From Squalus acanthias (lineage: Eukaryota), in NCBI GenBank assembly GCA_030390025.1, contig CM059430.1, positions 3,782,001 through 3,846,000 of the forward strand: DNA of 64,000 bases, given 5' to 3'. Each line of letters starts with the position of its first letter. The stretch's first letter is position 1. Positions 34,979 to 48,477 of this stretch are shown piece after piece. The notes beneath the pieces were generated by a model. It was not told where the DNA came from and searched no databases. It was given only the letters and a program-made list of their open reading frames with translations. A program made the translations under genes and the position numbers.

Positions 34979-37584
34979 GTAATATAACATGTGCCAGGGT
35001 GATAGTTGACAGGGTGCTTGTTTTCTGCAATACTCACAGGACCTAGAAGAAGATGGTACACTTGAGGAAAGGTGACAAGGTAATGGTACACAGCACAATT
35101 CCTATAGCAAAAATCTTCCAAGTATTTGAATGAAATATGGCTGCTTAATGAAGCTCTCACCCATTCTGCATGCGAGAGAACGGGTGATGTGGACAATCAG
35201 GTTAGGAACACTGCATGCAACATAAAGTGGGCAGGAGCCGGTGAGCGCGGTTACTTGTGATTTTCCATTTTCCACTTGCTCAGTTCTGGCTGGCGATAGC
35301 ATTTTTGCCAACAGGAAATCCTACCCTTTCGTGCTTGAATATGAAAACCATTAGTTTGAGTCAGAAAGATCGTCACACGGTAAAAATAGTGAGATCAAAT
35401 TGAAACCAGTATTAACACTTGTCCTACTATGAGACTGTGGTAACGCTGTATACTGATTGGTAAGATTATGCCACAATCTCATATTTGGTTTCAATTCTGT
35501 TCTGGAGTGGTAGGTATTGGGGGACACGGGGGAACATGACAACAGTGAAGAATGAGAAAGAAGGGTAAATGGTGTTTTGTTTTTTTAAACTGCTGTGGTG
35601 ATGGACTTTTGCACGAAACCTTGAAGTGGGTAAAGCAAATCAATGGTGTGGTAACCTTCGACTCTTCCCCGTCCCCACCGATAAGTCCACAGTTAGATTT
35701 AGCAGGCCAAATCATTGCACTGGCCAAAGGCTACCATGCAATTTGGAATTTTATCCCCTCAAATCAAAGAACATTTGTCGTAAATGAACAGGCTCACTGG
35801 GTAAAATGGTCCAAACAAATGGAAGGGAATAAAACATTTGCAGAAATTCAATTACAATTGTGCTGGATTACCAACATTTGCTTGCAAAAAAAAAAATGTC
35901 CATCAGATGTGCAACTGACCACTGCCCATATGATTAACTCAGGCCAATAATCCTTCGGTCAAGGACAGTTCGACCTGGAGTGGGGCAGGACTTGTCAGCA
36001 TTCAGTAACTGGACTGGGGAAACCGGTTATTTCAGTGAATTCCACCACTGCGCACACATTGCCTTCTACCTCCTTAAACTTTTATTATAGATCAATGTTG
36101 CATTTTAAGACTCATTGATTTGCGCTTACATCACAAGCATGATATTTTTAAAATAGGAAACTAATTCTGCTTTATAATACTTTCCACCAGCATAAATTAT
36201 TTACTTGGATTTTTTTTTATATTATTAATTTGATGCACAATCCAACCATCTAAACACTCTTTGCATTGATGTCTTTGACTGTTTAACATTATCATGGTTT
36301 ATTAGCATTGGTGAAAAGCATTCGGGCATTCTTATAAAACAAAGCAGTAGTTAAAAATAATCATTTGTATACAGCAGGGACCTAGCACTAACATGAGGGT
36401 CCTACTGGCAATTTTATTTGCAGGATTTGTCCCTGGAGCACAGCATAAGTAGGCTAAGCAATTAAGAATTTCATGCTGATTGCCTGCAGCATGTTTTCCT
36501 ATGCTATAAAGATAATAGCATGGACGACTGAGCCCTCTTTTTTCCTGTATTCATATTAGCGCAGTGCTGGATGTCTAAAGCCTGTTTGCGCTTTATTAAA
36601 GTCGCACTCAATTTTAAACGTATAATGAAATTTGCTGCTCCTGCAGCGTCACCCCTGTCACCTCAAAAGAACGCAAACGTGCCTTGGTGATTTCCTCTGC
36701 CGACGCCGTCAGAGCTGATGCACACACCAAAATAAAAAAAGGGAAGAAAAAAAAAATGATCTTATGAAATAGCCTGCTTTGGGTGAAAACCTAATGGTCC
36801 CCGGTATTAACCGGCGGGTTGGGGCGTTCTAGATGGCGATGGGGGGGGATTAAAGAAGAAGAATGGTTTTAGCACTGTGCTTGTCCAGAATTTTCCTTTT
36901 GATCAACTTACACACACACACACAAAAAAAAACAACATTTTCAGCAAAGCTCCTCTATTTCACTGCATTTAAATTGCAGTCACATCACCTCAGAGAGTGA
37001 GTGATAATTGTGGTGGCCAGTAAATTACAACAGCCTGCACATCAATTATAACCATCACGTCTAGCAATGAAGAAAATGAGATCTTGTGACAAATTTCATG
37101 AGCCTTTCTACCCAGAAGCTTTCTTAACATTCCACAGATAGCAATTCTTTATCGGTGAGAGGTAATGGGAAGGTACAGGGGGCGAGATGAAGAAAGCAAC
37201 ACGACGACAGTCATTTAATTAAAGTAGGGGGGGAAAAAATTGTTATTTATTTTCAGGCACAGCAATGCAGAAATTAGAAGCATTTTTGAATACCTTTTTT
37301 TTGTTAACAGAGCAGATGTTATTAAGCATTCTTCTAAAATATGGAACAGCAGTTTGACTTGTTACACAGCAAATAATATCAAAGGAGCAGGGATTACAAT
37401 TGGGGAGCGATGAGGAAGGCAGAAGTGGTGTTTGACTGCTTTTTTTTTTAAAGAAAAAAAGCACACAAAATTATCGTATGGAGGAGGGGTATTTTGCAAA
37501 AATCAAGTCCAACATTGACAGAAATTAAACTTAATATAACCGGCATCTGATGAACAGCCACCATAGTCAGAATTCCTTTATACT

Positions 37585-37805
37585 AAACATACGTAGATAC
37601 GAAATTGATGGGCAGGAAAAGACCAGCGGGTCCATCAAGCCTACCCCACACCTCATGATGGCTGGAGCATCGTGATTGAACACTTCCCCTCCCCACCAAC
37701 CATGTCATCTCCTGGGAGAGGCAAAAATCCAGGGAAAATTAGGGAAATATACCCTGGAAAATTCCTCTCCAACCTGCTCAGGCGATCAGAACCAGTCCAG
37801 CAGGT
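37585..37805 (-). mobile_element. Old CR1 (L3-like) 3' UTR fragment
   Basis: ggaaaagaccagcgggtccatcaagcc terminal stem-loop. ggaaaattcctctccaacc..gcgatcag is shared with 45380-45430. Confidence 0.55.
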
Positions 37806-37902
37806 CTGTTGTTCCACTAATATATTCCTGGTAGCTGGCCCCTGTTTTAGTGAATCTCCTTTATAGCAAGCTCATCAATGTGAAGATCTATATGTCCAAG
37901 TA

Positions 37903-38060
37903 TATACTTGGGTCGACTAGTCCTTGTTAATAATAATGGTGTAGGAATGAGTGTTAAGAACTCCAGGTTTGGTGCTGCAGTCAGTATCAGCAACACCAAA
38001 TCTGGAGTTCTTATCACTCATTCCTACATTAGATCAACAAGAACTAGTATACCAGAGTAC
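37903..38060. repeat. Palindromic fold-back element
   Basis: Inner arms 37940-37978 and 37990-38028 are 36/39 complementary. Outer arms are actagtccttgttaat and atcaacaagaactagt. Confidence 0.8.
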
Positions 38061-39884
38061 AAACAAATTAGATTGGATTAAATTTTGCTACCTGGTGAAT
38101 AGTTTGTGATGTATAGTTTGTGTGACTGTTATTTCGGTTCCAGTTTTTCCAATTACTGAATATAAAAGAGGGAGTGAGGCAACTGATAGAATTCCACAAA
38201 AGGCACAAATAAAATCCAACTGTCATGATGTTCTAGATGGCAAGCAAATGGGAGTGTGTGGAAAACTCAAGAAGCCACTGTATTTTTCTTAAGATGCCAC
38301 TGAAATGATGCTGTGTGACATTATTAGTGAATGCATTTATTTTAAATGGGTTAATGCCTTTGTTAAATTGATGAAGAGATATTTCATACACATGTGTTAA
38401 TATATTTATTACTAGTATTAAATAATGTAATTTCAACTCCACTGTGTTTGGTACGCATAGATTAATAATTTTTTGGGGAGGGGAAGGAAGTAAATTAATT
38501 TTAAGAATGAATACTTTTTTAAGTGTGATAAATAAATGGCTACAATTAAGCAGGTATCAAAGACTAACCAGGGTTATGAATAAAGAGAAACGGCCACAAA
38601 ATGCTGGCGTAGTGTGGAGAGAAAATCTGGGAGAAGCTTATTAGGGCTACACAGATGAAATCTGCAGGAGTGAAAAGCTTATGTTAAAACACAATGAAAA
38701 ATTCAGAGGGGAAATTAAAAGAAAAACCAAGAGATAAAAAGGAGAGAAGCATGTCAGGACTACAGAAATAAAATTAGGTGATAAAAGGGAGTGACCCAGA
38801 GGTCCAAAACTCCAGAGACCTGTGCATTGTTGAATATAAATATGTTTTATGTTTTAAAAAATACTTTTCTGCACTTCTTTCCCCCCCACCCCCACCCCAA
38901 GACCCCCTCTTCCCACCCCTCCCTCACATGCTGTTGACAATCAAGTCTCTGGATGCCCCTACAACCGGTTTGCCTGTTATGGGTACACTGAGCTGTTATA
39001 TTACAGGATCTTCTTCACTTAGTTATTCCTTTCAAAACTAGCAAATTCACCCCTGGGGTAGCCCCAATGCAATTAACAGGCAAGACTTCAATTGAAACCT
39101 TGGTTCAACAATCTGGTTTATTAACTTTCAGTCTACCCTACTATATACATTCTTCCATAAAAGGATTAAAAAAAAAATTACTGACCACTGGTTTCAATTC
39201 TTATGCAGGCCCACATGTTAAATTGAGATTGCTTTTTAATCAGGTTGTCATGTGGACAGGTTAATTTAATCAAAGCTACATTGAAAAACAATGAACTGAA
39301 AGGATTTAGTTGCCTGGATGCCCAACCAGTTAGTTGGTAAGTCTTCTCCCTTTATGTGAACAGAGTGGTTTCCTATTTTGCCAAGTGCTACAGGTGGTGT
39401 CACAGAGCTCAGTGTAAGATTGGGTACGGGGGAGGATTTGGAGGGCTGTGAAGCAATGCTTCTTTGCAAACTCTCTGGGTCAATTGTTGTCCTTCCTACA
39501 TGTACGGAATCAGCAGGATAATTCTCTCTTAAAAGTAGATACTTGTGGTAGGGGCCATACAACTAAATAAAGATATTCACTGCTGAAGGGCTTAGAAGCA
39601 TTTTACACTTCGGCCCCTGGGTGGGCCTTGGGCACACCCGAGCGGAGTGGCTTTCGACTACTCTGCACTCTAATGGCAGACTGGGATGGGCATGCACGAT
39701 GGGACCTTGCAGGCACCAGTGGCCTGCCATGACTATGCAGATGACTATCCTCACAATTTACTTCGGGCTTATGATCTGCTCTGCTGCACTTCTGTTGACG
39801 GAGTTTTTCTGGTGGTATGAATGTGGATTACATATTAAGCTTGAATGTGAAATACATGTTAAATGGCAATGTGCTTGAGGTAAT

Positions 39885-40500
39885 AAAGCAGGAAAGAGAT
39901 CGGAGGATTTTGGTACATAGGTCAGTAAAACCATCGGTTCAATGTTTGCAGTTGATGGAAAAAAAACACTAAAATATTGGGATTAACAGCTAGGGATGGT
40001 GATTTATAAGTTTAAGGATGTGATGTTGAAGTTGTATCTGGCCTTGGTGCGGCTGCATCTGGAGTGCTGTATTTAGTTTAATTCACTGTATTACGGGAAA
40101 GATGCCGAATTACTGGAGAACTAGACGAGTGCTACAAGGTAGATTCCTGAACTTACAGGCGGAGCTATGAAGAAATATTGTCTAATCTGGTACTTCACTT
40201 GCTGGAGAAGAGGAAGATGAGTGGAGACTTGTCAGAGGTCTTTAAGAGTTTCAAAGGTACAGAGTATTCAGATCCAGTAAAAGTCTCTGCTAGGCACAAG
40301 AATAGAGGCCTCGGAGACAGAGTTTAAAGCTAAGGGTGCCAAAAGCAAATAGGAAATGTAGGCAACTTTTTTTGGTAATAGGGTGCCAGAATTGTGGAAC
40401 AGATTACCAGCAGTAGATCAGAAAATCATGGCAGGTTCTGGAAAAAGGGATCTATTAATTCCCGTTAGGAAAGGGGATACAGGGCTATTAGCTGTAGGAT
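39885..40500 (+). mobile_element. Old CR1 LINE 3' ORF2 fragment
   Basis: ttgaagttgtatctggccttggtgcggctgcatctggagtgctgt translates LKLYLALVRLHLECC, cf. [15 protein letters not shown] in the young CR1. Many stops and indels. Confidence 0.8.
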
Positions 40501-42749
40501 CACGTGAAGGAAACAGAAAAATTTGAATTAGGCAGTAATTTTGAATTAAGCAATCTTTAATTAACAGGAGTAGACTGTGTGTTCCTAATAAAAACTAGCA
40601 CCAAATAAAATGTCACTTAATGGGAACTATTGCATGAAAACACGCCGTACGTCAGTTTTGGGCTATTAAGCATTTAAAAGAGAAAACAAAAAATCCAAAA
40701 TAATCAAATTCTGCCCTGTGTTTCCATTTAGTGGAGAATGCCCCAGATTATGCACTTAACTAGGTTTACAGACAAGATTACTGTCATCATTGAGGAACGC
40801 AGAGCCAGTCCACAGGCCAGATGTGGAATATTACATTTTTTTTTAATATAACCTACAGGAAGCTGTCCCGAGATGAGCGGCGAGAGGCGCAGTGTTGGAA
40901 CGAGACCGGGGTCACATACTTCCTCAGGTCTGCTGACAGCGGCGATATGAATCGTTTCTTGTGGCTGCTCAGAGTGTGAGCTGCTTATTTGTTTTCCCTA
41001 TTTTTAGCAAGTGCTGCCGTGAAAGCTGCACAGGTCAGGGCCTTGATTAAAACTCATTTTCCAAAAAGCTTTAATCAGGAAGCAGCGCAGAGGGGAAGGG
41101 GGCGGTGGGGGGGGGGGGGGAAATAAAAAGGGGACTGCTTTAAACTTTTAACTGTTGTGTAATGGTCGAGTCAGCTGATGACTGCAAGCCACGGACACTG
41201 GTGTTCGACACCCGCAATGTGGTTCGCGTGAAGATCAACAATGCACAGCACAGATGAGTACTGAGCATCAAAGAAAATTCAAAATTACATTTCTTTTTGT
41301 AAAGTTGCAGTTTCCCTTTTTATTGGCCTACATGGGCTGGATTTCAAACACTTAAAAATAAAATACACTAATTTATACAGCATTCTTTTTAAATTATGCT
41401 CAATTCTGTTGGCAGGGTGAATCCAGCACTATTAACCTCCAAAGGTTCCATGGTAATTTTGAATTCTTTGCCTTCAATGTTATGTCTAGCATGTATGTTT
41501 TTAGACATTTTATTTTACAATATTTAAGCACGGTTAAAGCAAGAAGTCAAGCAGTACCCGGTAACAGAAACCCTCTTCCAGTGATGCGCTGATGTTATTA
41601 TTTAAAAAAAAACAGAAAATGTGTATGCAACATAAAACATCTCGAGTTACCAAATGTAAATGACACGCCAGCCATGGTCATATGACACTTGTTGGTCAAT
41701 CAGTGCAAGTGTGCTGCTCTATAAGGACCTGGGCCACTCAAGCTGTGTGTCCACAGCATCACATGCTGCCTGCTCAAGAATTGGCCAGAAACAAAATGGC
41801 CCTCTGTCCTTCAACGCGCACATAGAGAGTTAAAATAGTACGTAAACAACAACAACAGATACCAATGTGGGATTTCAAGAATCTAATCAGGGTTTAGAGA
41901 TTGGTTGTAAATTGCTCGAACTTCACTCTTGGTGGTTTATGATGTCATCTGAACCCCCTCGTTTACATTACAGCCTCATAATCACTCCCAGATACCTACT
42001 ATTCTCTGTTTAATTTGAGTGTTAATGGTAATATTTCTAATCTAAACCAGAAGGTCAAAAGCACGATGCCGTCAGAACGCAGAAAAAATGTTCACTCGCT
42101 TGCCAACAGTGACATAAAATGGGTCAGACGAGTGGAAAAATAACAATCAATGTCAGTTAGGCAGCATTCATTTTCTAAAATTTGCAGAGACCATCTTAAA
42201 TTTAAGATTTTAACCTCCAGACATAATCTGATGGGACGTATAATCGCAGTGGACGAGCCTTCTGCTCAACATAAAAATGACAGCAAGGGAAAAAGCCCCA
42301 CTTTGGAGGCTTTTCTTCCTTCACTCTTTACACTGGAGATAATGGTGAAAATGTAGACGAAGTGATGCCTGACGTGGATGTGCTGCGCGTGGTTATCTTT
42401 GCATGGAGTAGTCTGGATTGCTGACTGTAATAGCAGCCAGCTAACAGAGCTCAATTTAAAGGGACTGCTTAAAATTGTAGGAAGGGTATTTCACAATGGT
42501 TGCTTGCACACATTAGACATTGTACACCAGTCCATCAATGTAACATTTTCTGATACGCCATGACTTCTAGTATGCAGTGCCTTGCTTGTTGCTCCCTCTG
42601 GAGTAGAGAAACCACATAAGACCTACTCTCATGGGCTACTTGGGTGTCACTTACATTAGTGTAAACATTGATGCTTTTGAAATGTAATATTTCTAGGTTA
42701 CTCAGCTACTACTCATATTATCAATTGTTAACGTTGATATGTTTTGATT

Positions 42750-42912
42750 AAAAGTAGAAAATGCTGGAAATACACAGGTTTTTGTCACGTTAATGTGTCA
42801 GGTGCAGCCCTTCCTCAGAACTCAGTGTGTGCTCGTACGTGAATGGTTAACATGTCCTTTTTCTTTCAGATGCTGACCAACCTTATGCGTATTTCCAGTT
42901 TTAATTTCAGTC
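42750..42912. mobile_element. Degenerate inverted Penelope pLTR remnant with eroded hammerhead on the minus strand
   Basis: agaaaatgctggaaatac faces gtatttccag. Minus strand reads ttCTGAGGAAGGG..cctgacacattaac. Confidence 0.5.
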
Positions 42913-43422
42913 TTGCGGGTTCTCTTTAAGGGGTAATTTTTATGAATTTTTGCCAGTGGCAGGGCAGATCAGAAATTCAGGCACAAGTTGCCAATGATTT
43001 TCTAACCAAAACTACCCCTTATGTCTCAGCTCTGAGATTCCCTGCAATGACTGTTCAGAGGGCTATATTTTCCTCTTTTTTTTGTTGAAAGGAGGGGGTG
43101 ATGCCCCCTTTTTGAAGGTTTTTATGACCTGCAAACAAAATGGTGGATATATGCAATTTTACTGCATCCAATACAAATATGTAAGTATTAAACATTTAGC
43201 CAATCATGATGCACCTCTAATAATGATTCTCTTCAAACAGCTAATGAGCCATTTAAATGTTGAAAGGCTCATTAATGCAACTGTGAAGTGCACACTAGTT
43301 TTTAGCAATGCCCTAAAGACAGTATCAAGAAGCAAAGTTTAACAATATGCCTCTGAGACCTTCTACAAGGACAGTTACCAGATATTTTGCAGAGGCAGAA
43401 CAGCCACTCAACAGAACACAAT

Positions 43423-45125
43423 GGGCAGAATTTTCTGGGTGGATGTGTGGGGGTGGGGGGGGTGGAATCAACGGGTGGGATCGGTGGCGGGTTGAGTGGG
43501 AAATTTGATTTTTTTTTTGACAGCAGGTTGAGACCCCGCTGTCAAGCCACCGCAATGCGCCTTTCCCAATACCGCGTGTGTGATCTCTGATCCAACCCAC
43601 AGAGGCGGGCGACCCGATTAAACCAATTATTGGGTTGTTGACAGATCCTTAATAATGCTTTTAACTTTAACTGCTCACCCACAGGGTCCACGCTGCTCGG
43701 GGACCACATCTGTGAACCAGAGGCGGGAGTTGAATGGCCATTGCTCCAGCTGATTACTTGACAGCTTCAAATGTACAGTAAAAGCTCCCACCTGACAGAT
43801 CATCACTTTCCTCAGCCACAAGCTGTTTCTCAGTCCATTTCCAGCACAGATTCTGCAGACTTTCCACTCTCCATCCACTCTTACCTCATTGGAAGAACTC
43901 TCTCACCATTGCCAGAATGCTTCTGTCATCTCTACTTCACCTGCCATCTATTCCACCAACATGGGTGCCCTTTATACTCTCTCACCCTGGTCCTCAGAAT
44001 CTGACCACGATCAGCCCCAACACCAGCAGCACCAACAACAACACCAACCTTCTCTGCAAAAATCACCTGATGCTGCACAGGACAGCGGGCATCAGCACCC
44101 GAGCACATTGCTGCCCGGGAGGCCAGGGATGGCCTCACTATGGCCACATTTACTTCACTTGACGCTGTACACCCTGGCTGCCACATGATGCGCCAGGTTG
44201 GCATCACTCCACACCAACACCATAAAGCATCCCTACAATGCCCAAGCCATTCCTTTCACACTCACCACTATTGCGGGAGGTACCGTTATGTCTCACCATT
44301 CACTGCAACTCACTAAGCCACTTCCAAAGGTGCACACAAATCTATCTAAGTGTTGAAAATAAAGGTTTCAACGTTTGACAGCACATTAACAGAAACTTTA
44401 CATGAACATTGGATAAAAGACCTAAGTGGCTACGCTTATGTGTTGTTAGTTGGTATGATTGGACTAGGATGAGGGTGAGTGTGAGGATGGCTAGTGAGAT
44501 GGGGAAGTGATAATGTAGATAGAGAGGGATGGGTGGAGGTGCAAGGTAAGTTGGTGTGAGTAAGGATGTGCAGGAGTAGGGTAGGGAAGGCAGAGTGATG
44601 GGGATGTGATGAGAGGCACCGGAGGATGAAGGTGAGTGTGTCTTTGTACTAATGTTTTGAGATCATTGCAACGTTTGCACCACTGCACCCAGGTCCTCCT
44701 GACCACATCCCTGTTTGTGACCTCCTCTGCAAAGTGCGACCAGGCTGCGTTGGTCTCCTGGGGATGTCTCTTCCGCCCATGGGAAGGGAAGAGAACCTCC
44801 CTGTGTGCTGTGGAGGGAGTTATGGGAGAACCTGGGTGCAGTCATTGTCAGTGTTTGCAGCACTTCAATGTTGTAGAACACTGACAGCACAAACTTCAAA
44901 AGTAAGGTGGCCATGATCCCTTTAAGGAAACTGGCTGATGATGCCTCATGGCTGACATCACCAGACCCACTGCCTCTAATTGGGCCGGGAAACATGCTGG
45001 GCGGGCTTAACAAGCCCCATCAACGTAAATTCATTTTCCAGAGCGGGATGGAGCCAGCAGCGGGGCCATGACGTACCACCGACATCGCCCGCCCTGGACC
45101 TGCCGAGGTCAGCAAAATCCCGGCC
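43423..45125 (-). mobile_element. Non-autonomous PIF/Harbinger element, copy 3 (1703 bp), TSD AAT
   Basis: TIRs gggcagaattttc and gcaaaatcccggcc. TSD aat at 43420-43422 and 45126-45128. Colinear with copies 1 and 2. Confidence 0.88.
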
Positions 45126-45557
45126 AATGTCATTAAGCATGGAGACATGTAACGGAGTCATCGCTGTGACCAATCCTCAGAAATTCTGTCGGGCAATTTG
45201 AAAAAGCTTATGACTTAAACTTTCGCACCGTGGTTAGGCATGAATATGAATATGAAGTAGCACTGCAGGACACAAACGGAGAGATGGACAAATACGCAAA
45301 AGAAGCTGTAGTGAAATAGAGACATGTTAACAAGGATGTAGTAGTGAAAAGAAAAAAGTCAATTTAGAGAAAAAACAAATTCTGGGAAATTCCTCTCCAA
45401 CCCCCGAAGATGATCAAAATGAGTTCCAGGAGACCACGGTGACCATGAGGCATATGACCCAACATCCCGCCTACCTTTCGTACACGCCAATATCAGCCTC
45501 AGCCAGGAACTCGCCCCGCTCCCTTTTGAACATTTGCAGTGAATATGCACTAACTGC

Positions 45558-48477
45558 ATGAGCGAAATAGAGGAAAGTGAAAGGCAGACAGAAATAAATG
45601 GTAAAAAGGAGAGGAACAAAAAACAAAGGGCCAAACTAATTCATAAAAAATGTGAGCATAAAAAAAGCCTGAGGGTTTTATACCTTAATGCGAGAAGCAT
45701 CAGGAACAAGGTAGATGAATTAGCTGTGGAAATAGAGGTTAATAATTATGATCTAATTGGGATTACGGAAACATGGTTGCAGGGTGAGCAGGGCTGGGAG
45801 CTTAACATACAGGGGTATTCAGTATTTAGGAAGGATCGACAAAAAAGAAAGGGAGGAGGGGTAGCATTGCTGGTAAAAGAGGGGATAAATGCAATTGAAA
45901 GGAAGGATATTAACTCAGTTAATACAGAATCTATATGGGTGGAGCTAAGAAATAGCGAGGGGCGAAAAACATTAATAGGAGTGGTATATAGGCCTCCAAA
46001 TAGTAAAATAGAGGTTGGGGAGGGCATCACGAGGGAAATTAGAGAAGCGTGCAATAAGAGCACAGCTGTCATCATAGGTGACTTTAACTTACATATAGAT
46101 TGGACTAGCCTAATCAGTAAAAATAATGAGGAGGAGGAATTCCTTGAGTGTTTAAGGGATGGTTATCTGGATCAATATGTCGAGGAACCAACTCGGGAAC
46201 AGGCTATATTGGACTGGGTACTGTGCAATGAGAAGGGACTAATTAGTAATCTTGTTGTACGGGGACCCTTGGGTCAGAGCGATCATAACATGATCGATTT
46301 CTCACTCGAAATGGAGAGCGAAGAAATTGACTCAGAGACTCAGGTCCTGAATTTAAACAAGGGGAATTATGATGCCATTAGACGGGAACTGAGTAGGTCT
46401 GATTGGACAACGTTCCTGGGAGGACTGGAGGTAGATAAACAATGGCAAGCATTTAAAGATAGAATGACAAAATTGCAAAAATTGTTTATACCAATCTGGC
46501 ATAAAAGGAAATCTAAAAAGGTGACTCAACCGTGGATAACAGGGGAAATTAGAGACAGCATAAAATCCAAAGATAGGGCGTATAAAATAGCCAAAAAACG
46601 CGCCAGAGCGGAAGATTGGGAACAGTTTAAGATAGAGCAAAGGAGGGCAAAGGGCTTAATCAAGAAGGGCAAAATAGCTTACGAAAGCAAGCTGGCGGAA
46701 AATATAAAAACTAACTCCAAAAGCTTTTATAAGTATATCAAGAGGAAAAGACTGGTGAAAACCAAAGTTGGTCCATTGCAGTCAGATACGGGGGAATATA
46801 TAATGGGAAATAAGGAAATGGCAGACCAACTAAATGCATACTTTGGGTCAGTCTTTACGAAGGAAGACACAAAAAACCTCCCTGGGATATCGGGAAAAAT
46901 AGGGACATTGGCAAAGGAGGAACTGACGCAAATCAATATCTCTAAGGATATGGTGTTAAGGAAGCTAAAGGGATTGAAGGCGGACAAATCCCCAGGGCCT
47001 GATAACATGCATCCTAGGGTACTGAAGGAGGTGGCCCTAGAGATAGCGGATGCACTAAGCATGATTTTTCAGAATTCATTAGACTCGGGAACAGTGCCCA
47101 TGGATTGGAGGGTAGCTAACGTTACCCCACTATTCAAAAAGGGGGGTAGGGAAAAAGCAGGTAATTACAGACCTGTAAGCCTTACATCAGTTGTGGGCAA
47201 AATGCTGGAGTCCATCATTAAGGATGAAATAGCCGAGCACTTAGCAAATGGGGACAGGATAGGACAGAGTCAACATGGATTTACAAAGGGTAAATCGTGC
47301 TTGACTAATCTATTGGAATTTTTTGAGGGAGTAACGGGTAAAATAGATGGGGGAGAGCCAGTAGATGTGGTGTACCTGGACTTCCAAAAGGCCTTCGATA
47401 AGGTCCCACATAAAAGATTAGCATGGAAAATTGAAGCTCATGGGATAAAGGGGAAAGTATTGACGTGGATAGAGAACTGGCTGTCAGATAGAAAACAGAG
47501 AGTTGGAATAAACGGCTCATTTTCTGAATGGCAGGCAGTAACAAGTGGGGTACCACAGGGATCTGTCCTGGGTCCCCAGCTGTTCACAATTTATATTAAT
47601 GACCTGGATCAGGGAGTCGAATGCAGCATTTCCAAATTTGCAGACGACACTAAACTAGGAGGGGGGGGTGGGCTCAGAGGAGGAGACCAGGAAGCTCCAG
47701 AGCGATTTGGACAGACTGGGTGATTGGGCGGATAAATGGCAGATGCACTATAATGTGGACAAGTGCGAAGTTATCCACCTTGGGTGCAGGAACGGGAGGG
47801 CAAATTATTATTTAAATGGCAATAAATTGGGAGAGGGGGAAGTACAGAGAGACCTGGGTGTTCTTGTACACCAGTCACTGAAGGCGAGCATGCAGGTGCA
47901 ACAGGCGGTCAAGAAGGCAAACGGTATGCTGGCCTTCATAGCAAAAGGGTTGGAATACAGGAACAGGGATACCTTGCTGCAGCTGTACAGGGCACTGGTG
48001 AGACCACACCTCGAGTACTGTGTACAGTTTTGGTCGCCTCATCTGAGGAAAGATGTTCTTGCCATGGAGGGGGTGCAGCGGCGATTCACCAGGCTGATAC
48101 CAGGAATGGCGGGATTGACCTATGAGGAGAGACTATGTAGTTTAGGGATGTACACACTGGAGTTTAGAAGATTGAGAGGGGACCTCATAGAAGTGTATAA
48201 AATTCTGACAGGTCTAGACAGATTAGATGCAGAAGGAATGTTTCCCTTGGCGGGTGAGAACAGAACTAGAGGACATAATTTAAGGATAAGGGCTAAACCA
48301 TTTAGGACAGAAATGAGGGGGAATTTCTTCACTCAGAGAGTGGTGAACCTGTGGAACTCATTGCCACAGAGGGCAGTGTACGCCAGCTCATTAAATATAT
48401 TTAAGAGGGAATTAGATATATTTCTACAGGCAAAAGGGGTTAAGGGTTACGGAGAGAAGGCGGGGACGGGATACTGA
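45558..48477 (+). CDS. CR1 ORF2: APE endonuclease plus reverse transcriptase, with a single frameshift in a G8 run at 47661-47668
   Basis: YLNARSI, ITETW, GDFN, SDHN (endonuclease); [33 protein letters not shown] (RT). Removing one G joins ORFs 45558-47723 and 47668-48477 into 972 aa. Confidence 0.92.

Larger units (their letters stand above)
32200..35100 (+). pseudogene. Possible decayed Harbinger (HARBI1-like) DDE transposase, split by later insertions at 32705-34978
   Basis: Ordered peptide remnants across frameshifts: HVG.KA (cf. HV.IKAP), ICDSDGEF (cf. VCD...F), VPGN (cf. WPGS), EGY (cf. D.GY), and after the insertion CARVIVDRVL (cf. AR..IER.FG). Matched by eye only. Confidence 0.35.

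Noticed and set aside
42040-42560. Possible coding exon (several ORFs with Cys/His residues)
   Set aside because: No C2H2 spacing and no similarity to the expected upstream ZFHX exon.
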